Positions 18,864-28,680 are shown, numbered from the stretch's first letter. The stretch is DNA of 64,000 nt from Trueperaceae bacterium (GCA_965213705.1 OZ243913.1:2528001-2592000); one strand, 5' to 3'. Notes: a model not told the origin generated them from the letters alone. A program made the numbers and translations.

Positions 18864-19514
18864 ATGAACGCTCTCAACCAAGACTTGCAAGAGGTCAACG
18901 CCTCGGTCGTGCGGATGCTCAGCTTGGTCCGCGAACAGACCGAACTCGCCAAACGCGCCCTTATCGAGGGTGACGTGGAAGCCGCCCAGGCGTGCGTAAA
19001 GCTTGACCTGTCCCAGGTCGACCCGCTGATGCAAAGTTTGGAACAGCGCATCCTGACCATCATCGCACGCCGTCAACCCGCCGCGACCGACCTGCGCTTT
19101 TTGGGCGCGACCTACCGCGCGCTGGCCGACATCGAGCGCGCCGGAGACTACGCCGTCCACGTGGCGCGGGCCGGGGCCGAGCTGGCGCAAAAACCGCCCT
19201 TGAAGAAGTACACCGACATGAAGCGCATCCTGGACATCCTGAGCGGCATGGTTGAAAAAACCATTTCGGCCCTCGCCGACTCGAGTGCCGACACCGCCCG
19301 CGCCGCCCACGCGATGGACAAAGAAATCGACGACCTGTACGAACAAATTCAGCGCGAACTGCTCACTTATATGCTGGAAGACCCCAACACCATCAACACC
19401 GCAACCAAACTGTTGGGCGTCGCGCGACAGTTGGAGCGCTTGGGCGACCACTTGGAGAACGTCAACGAACACATCTTGTTCTGGCTGACGAGCGAACGGC
19501 TCGAGACCTACTAA
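18864..19514 (+). CDS. phoU: Phosphate signalling complex protein PhoU
   Basis: QPAATDLR, DIERAGDYA, LERLGDH. Confidence 0.95.
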   Translation: MNALNQDLQEVNASVVRMLSLVREQTELAKRALIEGDVEAAQACVKLDLSQVDPLMQSLEQRILTIIARRQPAATDLRFLGATYRALADIERAGDYAVHVARAGAELAQKPPLKKYTDMKRILDILSGMVEKTISALADSSADTARAAHAMDKEIDDLYEQIQRELLTYMLEDPNTINTATKLLGVARQLERLGDHLENVNEHILFWLTSERLETY

Positions 19515-19636
19515 CGCCACCTCCCTACACCATTTTGTTGTAACGCGACAAGCGACGACGAGTTTCCTAGTCGCTCGTTTTTGAAGGGCGAACTGTTCCC
19601 TGTTCCGCTCAACGGTAGGGAAACGCTGGTCAAGCC

Positions 19637-19897
19637 TCAATTGTGTTTGTTGGTCTCCGTCACGATGTCTATGTGTTTGAGCAAAAGGCCGTCGGTTTCG
19701 AAACGGAGCCAGCGACCACTGACACCTTTGGCGACCCCAACGCTGCGGCCCCACTCGAAAGCCTGGCTGTTTTTCGCCTCCAGGCGCTTGACACGGTTTT
19801 GCGAACGCCGCAGTTTGGACTTGGTCCTGGCGAGCAACCCTATCGTGATGCAAAGCAGACAGGCCAAGAGCGCACAAGCAATGGTCAGGCTGGTCAT
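19637..19897 (-). CDS. Small hypothetical membrane-anchored protein
   Basis: N-terminal hydrophobic helix followed by basic coiled segment. Confidence 0.45.
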   Translation of the reverse strand: MTSLTIACALLACLLCITIGLLARTKSKLRRSQNRVKRLEAKNSQAFEWGRSVGVAKGVSGRWLRFETDGLLLKHIDIVTETNKHN

Positions 19898-20169
19898 GTC
19901 TAAAAGCCTACCCCGAGGCCGCCCACCACACTGCTAAACAGCTTACGGAACAGCGTATTTAAAGACGAGCCTCGTACCTGCGCCGAGATTTGGGGGCTCG
20001 AGGGGGGGATTGCCCAAGATTTACGAAAAAATCCTTGAAGGCAGGTCGCAGCCGGCTCGAGAATAGCTGAACCTGCTTTTTTCTTTTTCACGACGCACAC
20101 GACTCGTCGAGGTCTGCTATACTGAATGGTTGTCTGGGCACGACCAAGACCGTGCCGTTAAGGAGAAGC

Positions 20170-20385
20170 ATGAAAAAAGACATTCACCCCAAACTGGTGC
20201 CCTGCAAGGTCTACTGCGAGGGTCAAGTCGTGATGGAGACTTACAGTACCAAACCCGAAATCACAGTCGACGTGTGGTCGGGAAATCACCCTTTCTTTAC
20301 GGGTCAACAACGTTTTATCGACACCGAAGGCCGCGTCGAGAAGTTTCAAAAACGCTTCGGTACGAGCTACCGCAAGAGCAAGTAG
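20170..20385 (+). CDS. rpmE: 50S ribosomal protein L31
   Basis: MKKDIHP...DVWSGNHPFFTG...GRVEKFQKRF; AAGGAG RBS. Confidence 0.97.
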   Translation: MKKDIHPKLVPCKVYCEGQVVMETYSTKPEITVDVWSGNHPFFTGQQRFIDTEGRVEKFQKRFGTSYRKSK

Positions 20386-20410
20386 CCGCAGGTCGAAGCT
20401 TGCTGCAAGG

Positions 20411-20441
20411 AAAAACCCTCGAGTCGGACTCGAGGGTTTTT
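20411..20441. terminator. Bidirectional intrinsic terminator after rpmE
   Basis: AAAAACCCTCGAGT-CGG-ACTCGAGGGTTTTT. Confidence 0.85.
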
Positions 20442-20789
20442 GTCATGTGGTTTTCGTCCCCTGGGACCCGTTTCCGCTTTTATAGCTCTTTTCCCGCTCA
20501 TCGAGAAAAAATGCTTTCAAACCTGGCTTCTTTATCCGAGAGAGGTGACCCTTCAGACCGGAGGAAGTTCGAATGCGCTTGCACTAAGAATGTCTTCAGC
20601 CACGAAAGAACCGCTATGAAAATGAACTCGAGCCGACAACGTCAACCTCGGGAAACTTGACAGCTCTGCGTTCAGGAATTCCCGACGGCGAACAGATTCG
20701 CAACCGTTCGGCGAGAAAAACCTTCAAACAGTCCGGTTGATGAGCGGCACCCGGCAAGGGCGTTCCTTTACGCAAGTCGACCGCCGGCT

Positions 20790-22649
20790 TCACTCCGGTA
20801 AGGACGCAAAGACCCTTGTGCCCCGCCCGGAACGTGTCGACAGTTCGAAGGTGCCGCCCCGGTTGTCGACGCGCTCTTTCATTTGTCTCAGGCCCAAACC
20901 GCCCGCACTCGTGACCCGGTCGGACACGGTGACCAGGTCGAAACCCCGACCGTCGTCCTCGACGGCAACGAAACCTTGACCGTCGGGAGTCGTGCCGGTA
21001 CTGACTTTGACCGCTGTGGCGGCCGCGTGTTTAGCGACGTTGTGCATCGCCTCTTGAAAAATGCGAAACAGCACAGCCTCGCTCTTGGCGCTGAGCTGCG
21101 GCATTTCTGCAAAAGCCAGCTCGACACCGAGCCCGTTTTGCTGCCCGTAGTCCTGGCAGTAGCCCCGGATGGTTTCGGTAAAACCGCGATGCTCTAAGTC
21201 TACGGGCCGCAACGCGAAAATGCTGCGGCGCAACTCTTTGATCAGTTCGCGCAGCGTTCCTTTGGTCGCGCCCAGTTCCGTTTCGGCTTTAGCCGGGTCG
21301 GTTTTCAACAGCCGCGTGACGAGGTCGAGTTTGAGGGCGCTGAACGCGAGCGACTGCGCGACCCCGTCGTGAATTTCTCGGGCGATGCGGGCGCGCTCCT
21401 CGGCGATGGCGAGTTCCTCGGATTGCAAATAGGCTTGAGCGTTGCGCACCGCTAAACCGACCTGGCCCGCCACAAGGTTCAAAAACGGCAGGGTCGCTTC
21501 GTCGAAGTAGTGGGGCGTTTCGTGCGCCAGCACAACCACGCCGAGCAGTTGTTGTTCCGACAAGAGGGGCAGCGCCACGGCGCTCTGGGCCATGTGCAGC
21601 AGCGAGCCGCCGCTGTTGCGCTCTGCCGCGGACAGTCGGTTGGCGACACAGGCCTCGGCCCGCTCGGCTGCGGCCCCCACAAAGCCCTCGCCCAAGCGCA
21701 GCGGCGGGCCGCCGGGTTGGCAACCCACCCCGCGGCACACCCGCAGTTGCAGCCGCCGCTCCTCGTCGGCTAAGTAAACGCCGCCCAGCGTCGCGTCGGC
21801 GCGCGTCATCATCTGGCTGAGCAGTTTGTCCAGCAGCCGCTCCAAGTTACCCTCGGCGCGAATACTGCGGTCGACGTCCAACAAGGTAACCAAGTCCCTG
21901 GTCCGGCCTCTGGCAACCTCGGCCGCCGCCGAAAACTCCGAGGACAGGATGCTGAAACTTTCGCGCTGGTCGCTCTCCGGGGCGTGCGCGTAGTAAGCGT
22001 GAATGCTGCCGACGGTCTTACCCGCCCACACCAGGGGCGTCGTGAGAAGCCAGTAACTTGTGCCGTCGTCGGCCTCGTCGCTCAAGTGCTTGCCCGCCCT
22101 GAGCGCCTCGTCGCGGCGCGCGGCGTGCCACGCCAAACTTTGCGTCAGGCCGTAGCTGTGGCTGATGCTCGCGCCACCCGACTGCAGCAACACGGCCGTG
22201 CCGACGGCTCCGGTCACTTTGGTGATGCCTTCGCTCGCTGCTGAAATGGCCGTTTCCAAGTCGGCAGCGGAAGCGAACTGCTCGGTGACTTTTTGCAGCG
22301 CGCCGAGGAGCGCGTGGCTCGCTTGCAGTTCGTCGTAGAGCCGCTTTAAGCTCTCTTGCGCCTGCTCGCGCCGCCGCACCTCCAGGGCTATCCAGTCCAG
22401 GGTGGCAAAAGTGACCGTCGGCCCCAAAATGCTGTAGAACAAAATCTGCGACCACAGCTGCCAGTTTTGGCCGCCCAACGGCACCACCAAAAGTTCAAAA
22501 ACCAAAACGACGCCGACGATTGCCACCGGCAACCAGAAACGGGCCAACTTGACTTGTTGGTATAAACTTTTGGAGCGAGCCTCCAAACCCGCCGGTACTG
22601 CGGGCTCGAGCGCCGGACGCACCCTTTTAACTTTTTTCTCAGTTACCAC
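20790..22649 (-). CDS. Membrane GAF-domain sensor histidine kinase (HisKA_3, NarX-like)
   Basis: 2 TM helices, GAF domains, ERARIAREIHDGVAQ, QEAMHNVAKHA, DDGRGF; GTG 22649 follows TACACT. Confidence 0.88.
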   Translation of the reverse strand: MVTEKKVKRVRPALEPAVPAGLEARSKSLYQQVKLARFWLPVAIVGVVLVFELLVVPLGGQNWQLWSQILFYSILGPTVTFATLDWIALEVRRREQAQESLKRLYDELQASHALLGALQKVTEQFASAADLETAISAASEGITKVTGAVGTAVLLQSGGASISHSYGLTQSLAWHAARRDEALRAGKHLSDEADDGTSYWLLTTPLVWAGKTVGSIHAYYAHAPESDQRESFSILSSEFSAAAEVARGRTRDLVTLLDVDRSIRAEGNLERLLDKLLSQMMTRADATLGGVYLADEERRLQLRVCRGVGCQPGGPPLRLGEGFVGAAAERAEACVANRLSAAERNSGGSLLHMAQSAVALPLLSEQQLLGVVVLAHETPHYFDEATLPFLNLVAGQVGLAVRNAQAYLQSEELAIAEERARIAREIHDGVAQSLAFSALKLDLVTRLLKTDPAKAETELGATKGTLRELIKELRRSIFALRPVDLEHRGFTETIRGYCQDYGQQNGLGVELAFAEMPQLSAKSEAVLFRIFQEAMHNVAKHAAATAVKVSTGTTPDGQGFVAVEDDGRGFDLVTVSDRVTSAGGLGLRQMKERVDNRGGTFELSTRSGRGTRVFASLPE

Positions 22650-22748
22650 GACCCACAGTGTACGGCAAAAAGTCCGGGTTTTTGGCAGTCTGAGAGGGCA
22701 ACACCGAGGACCGAGTGAACCCACTCTCAAACAGGTGTTCGGTACTGT

Positions 22749-23750
22749 TCACTCGGTACTGGCTCCTCTCTCCCTCGCCAACGCGCAGCTCAGGGCGATG
22801 GAGTTGAACTTCGTCTTAGTGCTGTCGGCGCGGCTCGTCAACACGATAGGCGCGCGTGCGCCGACGACGATGCCTGCGACCGCCGCGTCGGCGAAGTAAA
22901 CGAGCGACTTGTAAAACACGTTGCCGACGTCGATGTTGTCGACAATCAGCACGTCGGCCTCGCCCGCCACGGCGGACTTGATGCGTTTGACCTTGGCGGC
23001 GTGCGGGTTGATGGCGTTGTCGAGCGCCAGCGGGCCGTCCACGACGGCGTCCCGGATTTGGCCGCGGTCGGCCATTTTGGCGATGATCGCCATGTCGACA
23101 CTCGACTGTTGCGCCACGTCCACCGTTTCGATGGCGGCGAGCAGCGCGACCTTGGGTTTGTCCAGGCCCAGCGCGTGCGCGACCCGCACCGCGTTGTTGA
23201 CGATGTGGATTTTCAGCGGCAAGTCCGGGTCGATGTTGAGCGCGCCGTCGCTCATAAAAAACAAGCGTTCGTAGTGGGGTGCGTCGAAAACGAGCACGTG
23301 CGACAACTTGCTGTCGCCGCGCAGGCCGTAGTCTTTGTTGAGCACCTCGCGCATCAGCGCGGCGGTCTGGATATAGCCTTTCATGAGCACGTCGCACTCG
23401 CCGCTCGAGACCGCCATGACCGCTTGGCGCCCCGCCTCGAGCCGTGAGCCGGTCGGCACGACCTCGGCCTCGGTGGGGTTCAGGTCGTAGCTCTCGCAAA
23501 GCTGTCCGATAATAGCTTCGTCGCCGTACAGGACGGGCGTCACGTAACCGGCTTTGACCGCCTCGGCGACCGCCTCGACGATGTGGTCTTCGCCGGCACT
23601 CGCCACGGCGAGCCGCAGGGGTCGCTCGGCGGTCGCCCGCGCGGCCAGCGCGTGGACGTCGCCCATGTACTTGCAGGTTGAGGTTGTTTCGGTTGGGGCC
23701 GGTGCAGCGGGTGAGGGTGCAGCGGGTGAGGGTCGGGTGGGTGAGGTCAT
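22749..23750 (-). CDS. ptb: Phosphate butyryl/acetyltransferase (PTA_PTB family)
   Basis: LMKG, PKVALLAAIE, DGPLALDNAI, GNVFYK, LTSRADS. Confidence 0.85.
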   Translation of the reverse strand: MTSPTRPSPAAPSPAAPAPTETTSTCKYMGDVHALAARATAERPLRLAVASAGEDHIVEAVAEAVKAGYVTPVLYGDEAIIGQLCESYDLNPTEAEVVPTGSRLEAGRQAVMAVSSGECDVLMKGYIQTAALMREVLNKDYGLRGDSKLSHVLVFDAPHYERLFFMSDGALNIDPDLPLKIHIVNNAVRVAHALGLDKPKVALLAAIETVDVAQQSSVDMAIIAKMADRGQIRDAVVDGPLALDNAINPHAAKVKRIKSAVAGEADVLIVDNIDVGNVFYKSLVYFADAAVAGIVVGARAPIVLTSRADSTKTKFNSIALSCALARERGASTE

Positions 23751-23846
23751 GACCCAGTTTACGCGAAGTGTTTTGGGGACACAGTACGGGTCAACTCGGG
23801 TTCCGGCCTCTTCAGCAAACCCGACACCGCGCTTTATACTTCAGAA

Positions 23847-24026
23847 GTGACCGGTCCGAACGAGTTCAGGGGCTTTGTCAGACGGCTCAGCGTACCGCTG
23901 AGTTTGCTGGCCGTAGTTATCGTCTTTGGCTCGGGCGGCCACGACCGGCTGTGGCTCGAGCACGACGGCACGTTCGCCACGCTGCAGCACCTCGCCAACG
24001 AGGCCTTGACCGAGGGGGTGTCTTAA
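23847..24026 (+). CDS. Unannotated 59-aa small protein with one hydrophobic helix
   Basis: TATACT 6 nt before GTG; MTGPNEFRGFVRRLSVPLSLLAVVIVFGSGGHDRLWLEHDGTFATLQHLANEALTEGVS. Confidence 0.5.
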   Translation: MTGPNEFRGFVRRLSVPLSLLAVVIVFGSGGHDRLWLEHDGTFATLQHLANEALTEGVS

Positions 24027-24048
24027 TGGGTTTTCGGTCACGGCTTGC

Positions 24049-24528
24049 GTGGGCGGCAAACTTGGAAACCCGGCAAAGCGAAGGTTTGTCGAACACTTGA
24101 GCATCCTTGAAGACCTCACCTCGGGCGACCCCCACCGCGTCTGGTCGGGAGCCTGCGCCGTTCGGACGCTCCGGGAGCCCAAGGAACTGGCGCTGCTCGC
24201 CAGGAACATCGGCAAGATTCGGCGGCGCACGCGCGGGGTGGAACTCGGCGGCGCTTTTTATCCCAACGCGGGCCACCTGGAATTCGCGCTTCAAAAGCTC
24301 AGTTTCGTCCGCGACCGCAAGGGCTGCCTCTGCCACCTCTACCCGAAAAATATGTTCTATGACCCTGAAAGGGAGCAAGAAGCCGGTCACGTTAAGATTT
24401 TTCAGGAAATAGTCTTGGCACCCTATGTAGAAAACTACGTGTGCCGATGTTTGTACTGCGGTCAAGGTTTCGAGGTGGAGAGGCGTGAGTATCATTACCC
24501 GTGGTGGTCTTGGCGGTTTGTCAGGTGA
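24049..24528 (+). CDS. Hypothetical protein with CxC and CxCxxC motifs
   Basis: GCLCHLYP, CRCLYCG, YHYPWWSW; start uncertain (TTG 24097 possible). Confidence 0.7.
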   Translation: MGGKLGNPAKRRFVEHLSILEDLTSGDPHRVWSGACAVRTLREPKELALLARNIGKIRRRTRGVELGGAFYPNAGHLEFALQKLSFVRDRKGCLCHLYPKNMFYDPEREQEAGHVKIFQEIVLAPYVENYVCRCLYCGQGFEVERREYHYPWWSWRFVR

Positions 24529-24794
24529 GCGCGCGGAGAAAACTTTTTCATTACCTTGTTGAACCTACGTGCTACACCGGGAGATTTCTGTTCCAATCCG
24601 GCAGTTTTGAGCATCACAGGGTTTAGCGAGTCTCGAGACTCATGGCATCGAGGCGTGGGACTAGCCACAACCCTCCGCAGGCTGTATGATTTTTACAGGT
24701 CACAGCTTTGTTCCCACACTTCCGTTACAGTCTGTTTACGCACTCACCGCTTGTGTTTATCCCGTCAAAACCAAACCAAGTCAGGAGCATCGTC

Positions 24795-26696
24795 ATGAAA
24801 CGTGCCTTACCCGTCGAGCTTGCTTTTCTACTTTTCGGCGGCTTTCTTTTTAGTATCACGGCCCAAGAAGACACTAGCGCCCAAGCCCAGGCCATGACCG
24901 ACGCGTCGCTGGCGCTCGTGCAACTGAGCAGCTTTGTCGATACCAACGCGGCTTTTTGCGCCCAGCACGCGCCCGAGGCGGGGGTGAGCGACGCGGCGGC
25001 GGCCTGGTATGCAAGCAGCGGACTAGCGCTCCTGAAAACCCTCGAGGGGTTGCCGGAAGTCGCGCCGACCTTCGGCGAGATGAGAGACGCCTACACCCAG
25101 GCGACACGGCAAACCCTGGCCGCCAACGCGACCGGCCGCGAGGCCGAGTGGTGTGCGAGTGTTCCGGCCCTGCTCCAAAGCCCCGAGTGGGACGTTCAAT
25201 CGAACTACCCTGACGAACTGGCGCGGCTCGGCGACATCTTCACCCTCATCACAGGTGACGACCCGCCCCAACCGCTGCCCCAGGCCCAAACCCTGCCGCC
25301 CGTGACGAGCCCGAGCTACGCAGACGTCGTGGCGGCGGGCCTCGACCCCGAAACGCAGTTTATCCAGGACGAGTTTCGCTGCTACGACACGAGCGGCGTG
25401 GACTACAGCCGCCCGCAGCTCGTCGTGCAAATCACAGCGCCGGGACAGTACCTGAGTTCGTACGGCGGCGGGACGTTTACCGTGGAAGACGCCGAGTACA
25501 CTCCCGACATCACCTGGACGAGCGGCCCCTTAAAAGACGCGGGCGGCAGTCTTTACTTCGGTGACTACGGCCAGTCTTTCAGCCCTTACGTGACCTTGGG
25601 CGAAGAAAGGTACACCTTTGAATGTTTCCAGCAGGGTGCGCGCGAGCGGCAGGCGCTCGCCGAGTTTCGCCTCAGAGACCCACAACCGGGCACCTACCAG
25701 TGCCAGGACGTCGAGACGGGACAAACCGAAGCCCTGGAGTTGCTGCCCGGCCTCAACTACACGCTGGGGGGGCAGAGAGGAACGTACAGCGTGACTGACG
25801 TGTTGGACGACAGCGGCAGTTCGCAAATAAGTTGGCTCAGCGGCCCGCTGGCGGAAAGCGACGCGAGCTACTTAGAAGAAGAGGGAACGGGCTACCGCGA
25901 AGTCAGCATGCGTAGGAGCGAACACTACTCGTGGTTCGGGTCGTCCAGCTCTTTGAGCGTGGTCTGCTCGGCGGTCGGTGAACCCGTCGTGTTCGCCCGC
26001 TACGGCGACGGGGTCGCGCCGCCGGTCCAGGGCAACGAGCAGGCGCTCTCAGGCTTTTTTTACCGGTACGAGTACGTGGCGAGCGGCATGACCGGCGGGA
26101 TGCAACCGGCTTTTTACCTGTTTTTTCCCAGCGGTTACGTCCACACGGGCGACGTAGAGGGCGACCCCGCGGACATCGACTGCAGCCGCACCAAACCCAA
26201 CGGCGCGCCCTACTGCGAGACCTACCGAACGAGCCGCAACTTTTTAAGCATCGGTGAGAGCGACCCCGTGACGTTCGGCGTGGAAAACGGCGTGCCTGTC
26301 TTGGACGGCGAGGCCATGTACCCGGTCGTGTCGGGCATCACCAGCTTGGACGGCGACTTCTGGGCGAACTACTTCTGGTCGATGGGGTTTTGTATGGGCG
26401 AATACTCGTCGTGCTCGAGCACCTACTTGGAGTGGGAGTACATCTTCACCCCGGAGGGGCGCTTCGAATACGGAAGCTCGAACCAAAGCTTGATGTCTTC
26501 AAACTTCGGCGACATGGGCGGGGTGAACGCCGGGAGTTCCGGCAGCGACTACGAATCGGGGGGGTACACGATTGAAGGTAACACCATCGAACTGCGCTTC
26601 GACAACGGCAAGGTCGAGAAAAAGTTCATCATGATTACCGACCCCGAGCACTTTGTGATGGGAAACCAGGTCTACACCCCCAAGGAGAGAGAATGA
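24795..26696 (+). CDS. Large secreted Cys-containing multidomain protein with internal repeats
   Basis: AGGAG RBS, signal peptide, repeated I(T/S)WxSGPL beta modules. Confidence 0.85.
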   Translation: MKRALPVELAFLLFGGFLFSITAQEDTSAQAQAMTDASLALVQLSSFVDTNAAFCAQHAPEAGVSDAAAAWYASSGLALLKTLEGLPEVAPTFGEMRDAYTQATRQTLAANATGREAEWCASVPALLQSPEWDVQSNYPDELARLGDIFTLITGDDPPQPLPQAQTLPPVTSPSYADVVAAGLDPETQFIQDEFRCYDTSGVDYSRPQLVVQITAPGQYLSSYGGGTFTVEDAEYTPDITWTSGPLKDAGGSLYFGDYGQSFSPYVTLGEERYTFECFQQGARERQALAEFRLRDPQPGTYQCQDVETGQTEALELLPGLNYTLGGQRGTYSVTDVLDDSGSSQISWLSGPLAESDASYLEEEGTGYREVSMRRSEHYSWFGSSSSLSVVCSAVGEPVVFARYGDGVAPPVQGNEQALSGFFYRYEYVASGMTGGMQPAFYLFFPSGYVHTGDVEGDPADIDCSRTKPNGAPYCETYRTSRNFLSIGESDPVTFGVENGVPVLDGEAMYPVVSGITSLDGDFWANYFWSMGFCMGEYSSCSSTYLEWEYIFTPEGRFEYGSSNQSLMSSNFGDMGGVNAGSSGSDYESGGYTIEGNTIELRFDNGKVEKKFIMITDPEHFVMGNQVYTPKERE

Positions 26697-27961
26697 ACCG
26701 AGCCGCCGTTTTTGCAGGATGTTTGCTGTGTGTCGCGCTGGCCGCAACAAGTTCGGCGCAGGGCGGTTCCGAGCGCGCGACCGGCCAAATCAACGACGCG
26801 CTGAGCAACTTTTTTGGCGCGGGCAACGCTGCAAGCGTCACGCCCGAGCAGGCGGCGGCGGTGGACCCGGCGCAGTTCGAGTACGCTTATAACCCCGCCC
26901 TCGTCCCGCAGGTCCAAGCGCTAGTGCTGGCCGTCCTGCCCGACACGCCGGAGAGCCGCGAGGCCGCGCAGGGCATCCTGGACCAGCTTACCCTGGAGCA
27001 ACAGCAGGCGATCATGGCCGAGGGTTTTCCCGACGGCACCTGGAGCGCGACCAACTTGGTAGACGTGGTTTCAGCGACCGTGCTGTTCGCCTACAGCATC
27101 CTGCAAAACTTGGACAGCACCACCCCGCAGCAGGACGCCGCCGTGCGCGACCTGTTCCGGGTGGCTTTCGCCAACACCGACCTGGTCAACCTGAGCGACG
27201 CCGACAAGCAGCTCGCCACCGAGCCGCTGCTGCTCGCCACGATTCTAAATGCCGCGCAGTACGGCTACGCCAAGGAGGGTTTGCCGGGCTTCTCGCTTCC
27301 CGACAGCCAGGAAAGCGCGCGGCAACTTTTGCAAGCCTTCGGCCTCGACCCGCAGTTCTTCGCGCTCGGCGCGGACGGCTTGGAGCCCACGCCGCAGATG
27401 CAAAAGGTTCAAAGCGGCGAACTTACGATGGAAGAGGCTTTTCCCGAGGTGATGGCGCAGTTGAACGCGCTCGGTGCCCAACCCGTGGTGCCGGGCGCGG
27501 ACACAGGCGGCGCGACTATACAGCCCCCTCCTACCGACACGACCACGCCAGCGCCGCCGGACACGACGCCGACCGTTACACCGCCCGACACACCACCCGA
27601 CACGAACCCGTCTACCCCCACGTCAACCCAAACGGCAGGGACGGACGGCAACAACCCGCTCCAACCTATCAACCCGCTCGCGCCACCGACGCCAGACCCG
27701 TTCGTCGGCGTGTTTGAGGGCGACGCGCTTACCCTGACCCTCGAGGGTTCGGGCACCTACACGGGCTCCTTAAACCTCCGCGGGCAGACCTACCCCGTCC
27801 AGGCGACGACGAGTGGCGACGTGCTGAACGGCACCTTTTCAAGCGGCGGCGCGACCTTTGCCTTTACCGCCACGCTTGCCGGCGCGGTGCTCAGCTTGGA
27901 GAGCGACGGCAACAGGTTTACGCTCGAGCGCCAAGCGCCTGCCAATCCGCTGGGAAACTGA
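26693..27961 (+). CDS. Secreted protein: DUF6683-like helical domain, Pro/Thr linker, C-terminal beta domain
   Basis: Signal peptide, ATGA coupling to upstream gene, LSDADKQ motif, PT-rich linker. Confidence 0.8.
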   Translation: MNRAAVFAGCLLCVALAATSSAQGGSERATGQINDALSNFFGAGNAASVTPEQAAAVDPAQFEYAYNPALVPQVQALVLAVLPDTPESREAAQGILDQLTLEQQQAIMAEGFPDGTWSATNLVDVVSATVLFAYSILQNLDSTTPQQDAAVRDLFRVAFANTDLVNLSDADKQLATEPLLLATILNAAQYGYAKEGLPGFSLPDSQESARQLLQAFGLDPQFFALGADGLEPTPQMQKVQSGELTMEEAFPEVMAQLNALGAQPVVPGADTGGATIQPPPTDTTTPAPPDTTPTVTPPDTPPDTNPSTPTSTQTAGTDGNNPLQPINPLAPPTPDPFVGVFEGDALTLTLEGSGTYTGSLNLRGQTYPVQATTSGDVLNGTFSSGGATFAFTATLAGAVLSLESDGNRFTLERQAPANPLGN

Positions 27962-28010
27962 GACTCATGCCCCGCCGGTTCGCGGTGTTGCAGTGAGCCT
28001 TATAGAGCGG

Positions 28011-28322
28011 ATGTCTGCAAAGCGAAACTTGCTGAAAGCGTCGCCCATCCTCATCTTCGCGAGCGTCGTCATCGGCGCATCGCCCATCTTGAGCGTGATT
28101 TTAGCGAGCGGCGTCGCCACGTCGGCGGGCTGCGTGCTGAACGAAACCCGCCCCTACCCCTGCCCTATCGGACCCTTCGACGCGGGCAGCTTGCTCTACG
28201 CGCTGGGCGTTTCCGGCTGGTTCATGCTCGTCACAGTTCCCGCAGGTCTGGCCGGAGTAGGGGTGGGCCTGGTTTTCTTAGTCGTTGCGTTGGTCCAGCG
28301 CGGCAGACGAGTTACACGGTAA
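28011..28322 (+). CDS. Small membrane protein (GCxL(N/D)E...C family)
   Basis: TM helices around GCVLNETRPYPC; paralog at 29611-29943. Confidence 0.75.
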   Translation: MSAKRNLLKASPILIFASVVIGASPILSVILASGVATSAGCVLNETRPYPCPIGPFDAGSLLYALGVSGWFMLVTVPAGLAGVGVGLVFLVVALVQRGRRVTR

Positions 28323-28335
28323 GAAAGGATAACTT

Positions 28336-28680
28336 TTGCCGGTCCGAAACCTACTCCTGGTTTTACTCTTGCCGTTCGCGTTCGCCCTGGGTTTTTTGCT
28401 GCGTCCGGCACTGACGGCCTGGGTGTTTCCGGCACACGTCAGCGTGACGGGCGTGGCCGAGCGCATGGTCCACACGCCGGACATGGCGACGGCTTCGGCC
28501 TTACCTCCCGAAGGGCTTTACGTTGCAGGTTCGGCGTTCGGATTTGTTTACGTGCGCTGTACCGACGCCGAACCGCCACCAGGTGCGACCTTGCGAGTGA
28601 GCGGCACATTGGACACTGTTTGCGGACCCGACAGCGTGCCCTGCTACCCGAGGGTGACCGGCGAGTGTGAAAACGCCTAG
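28336..28680 (+). CDS. Hypothetical protein, N-terminal TM plus OB-fold-like domain
   Basis: VSVTGV...PPPGATLRVSGTL pattern. Confidence 0.55.
   Translation: MPVRNLLLVLLLPFAFALGFLLRPALTAWVFPAHVSVTGVAERMVHTPDMATASALPPEGLYVAGSAFGFVYVRCTDAEPPPGATLRVSGTLDTVCGPDSVPCYPRVTGECENA

Noticed and set aside
20442..20789. About 350 bp of unexplained DNA after the rpmE terminator
   Set aside because: No convincing ORF, RNA motif or repeat recognised by eye; needs an Rfam search
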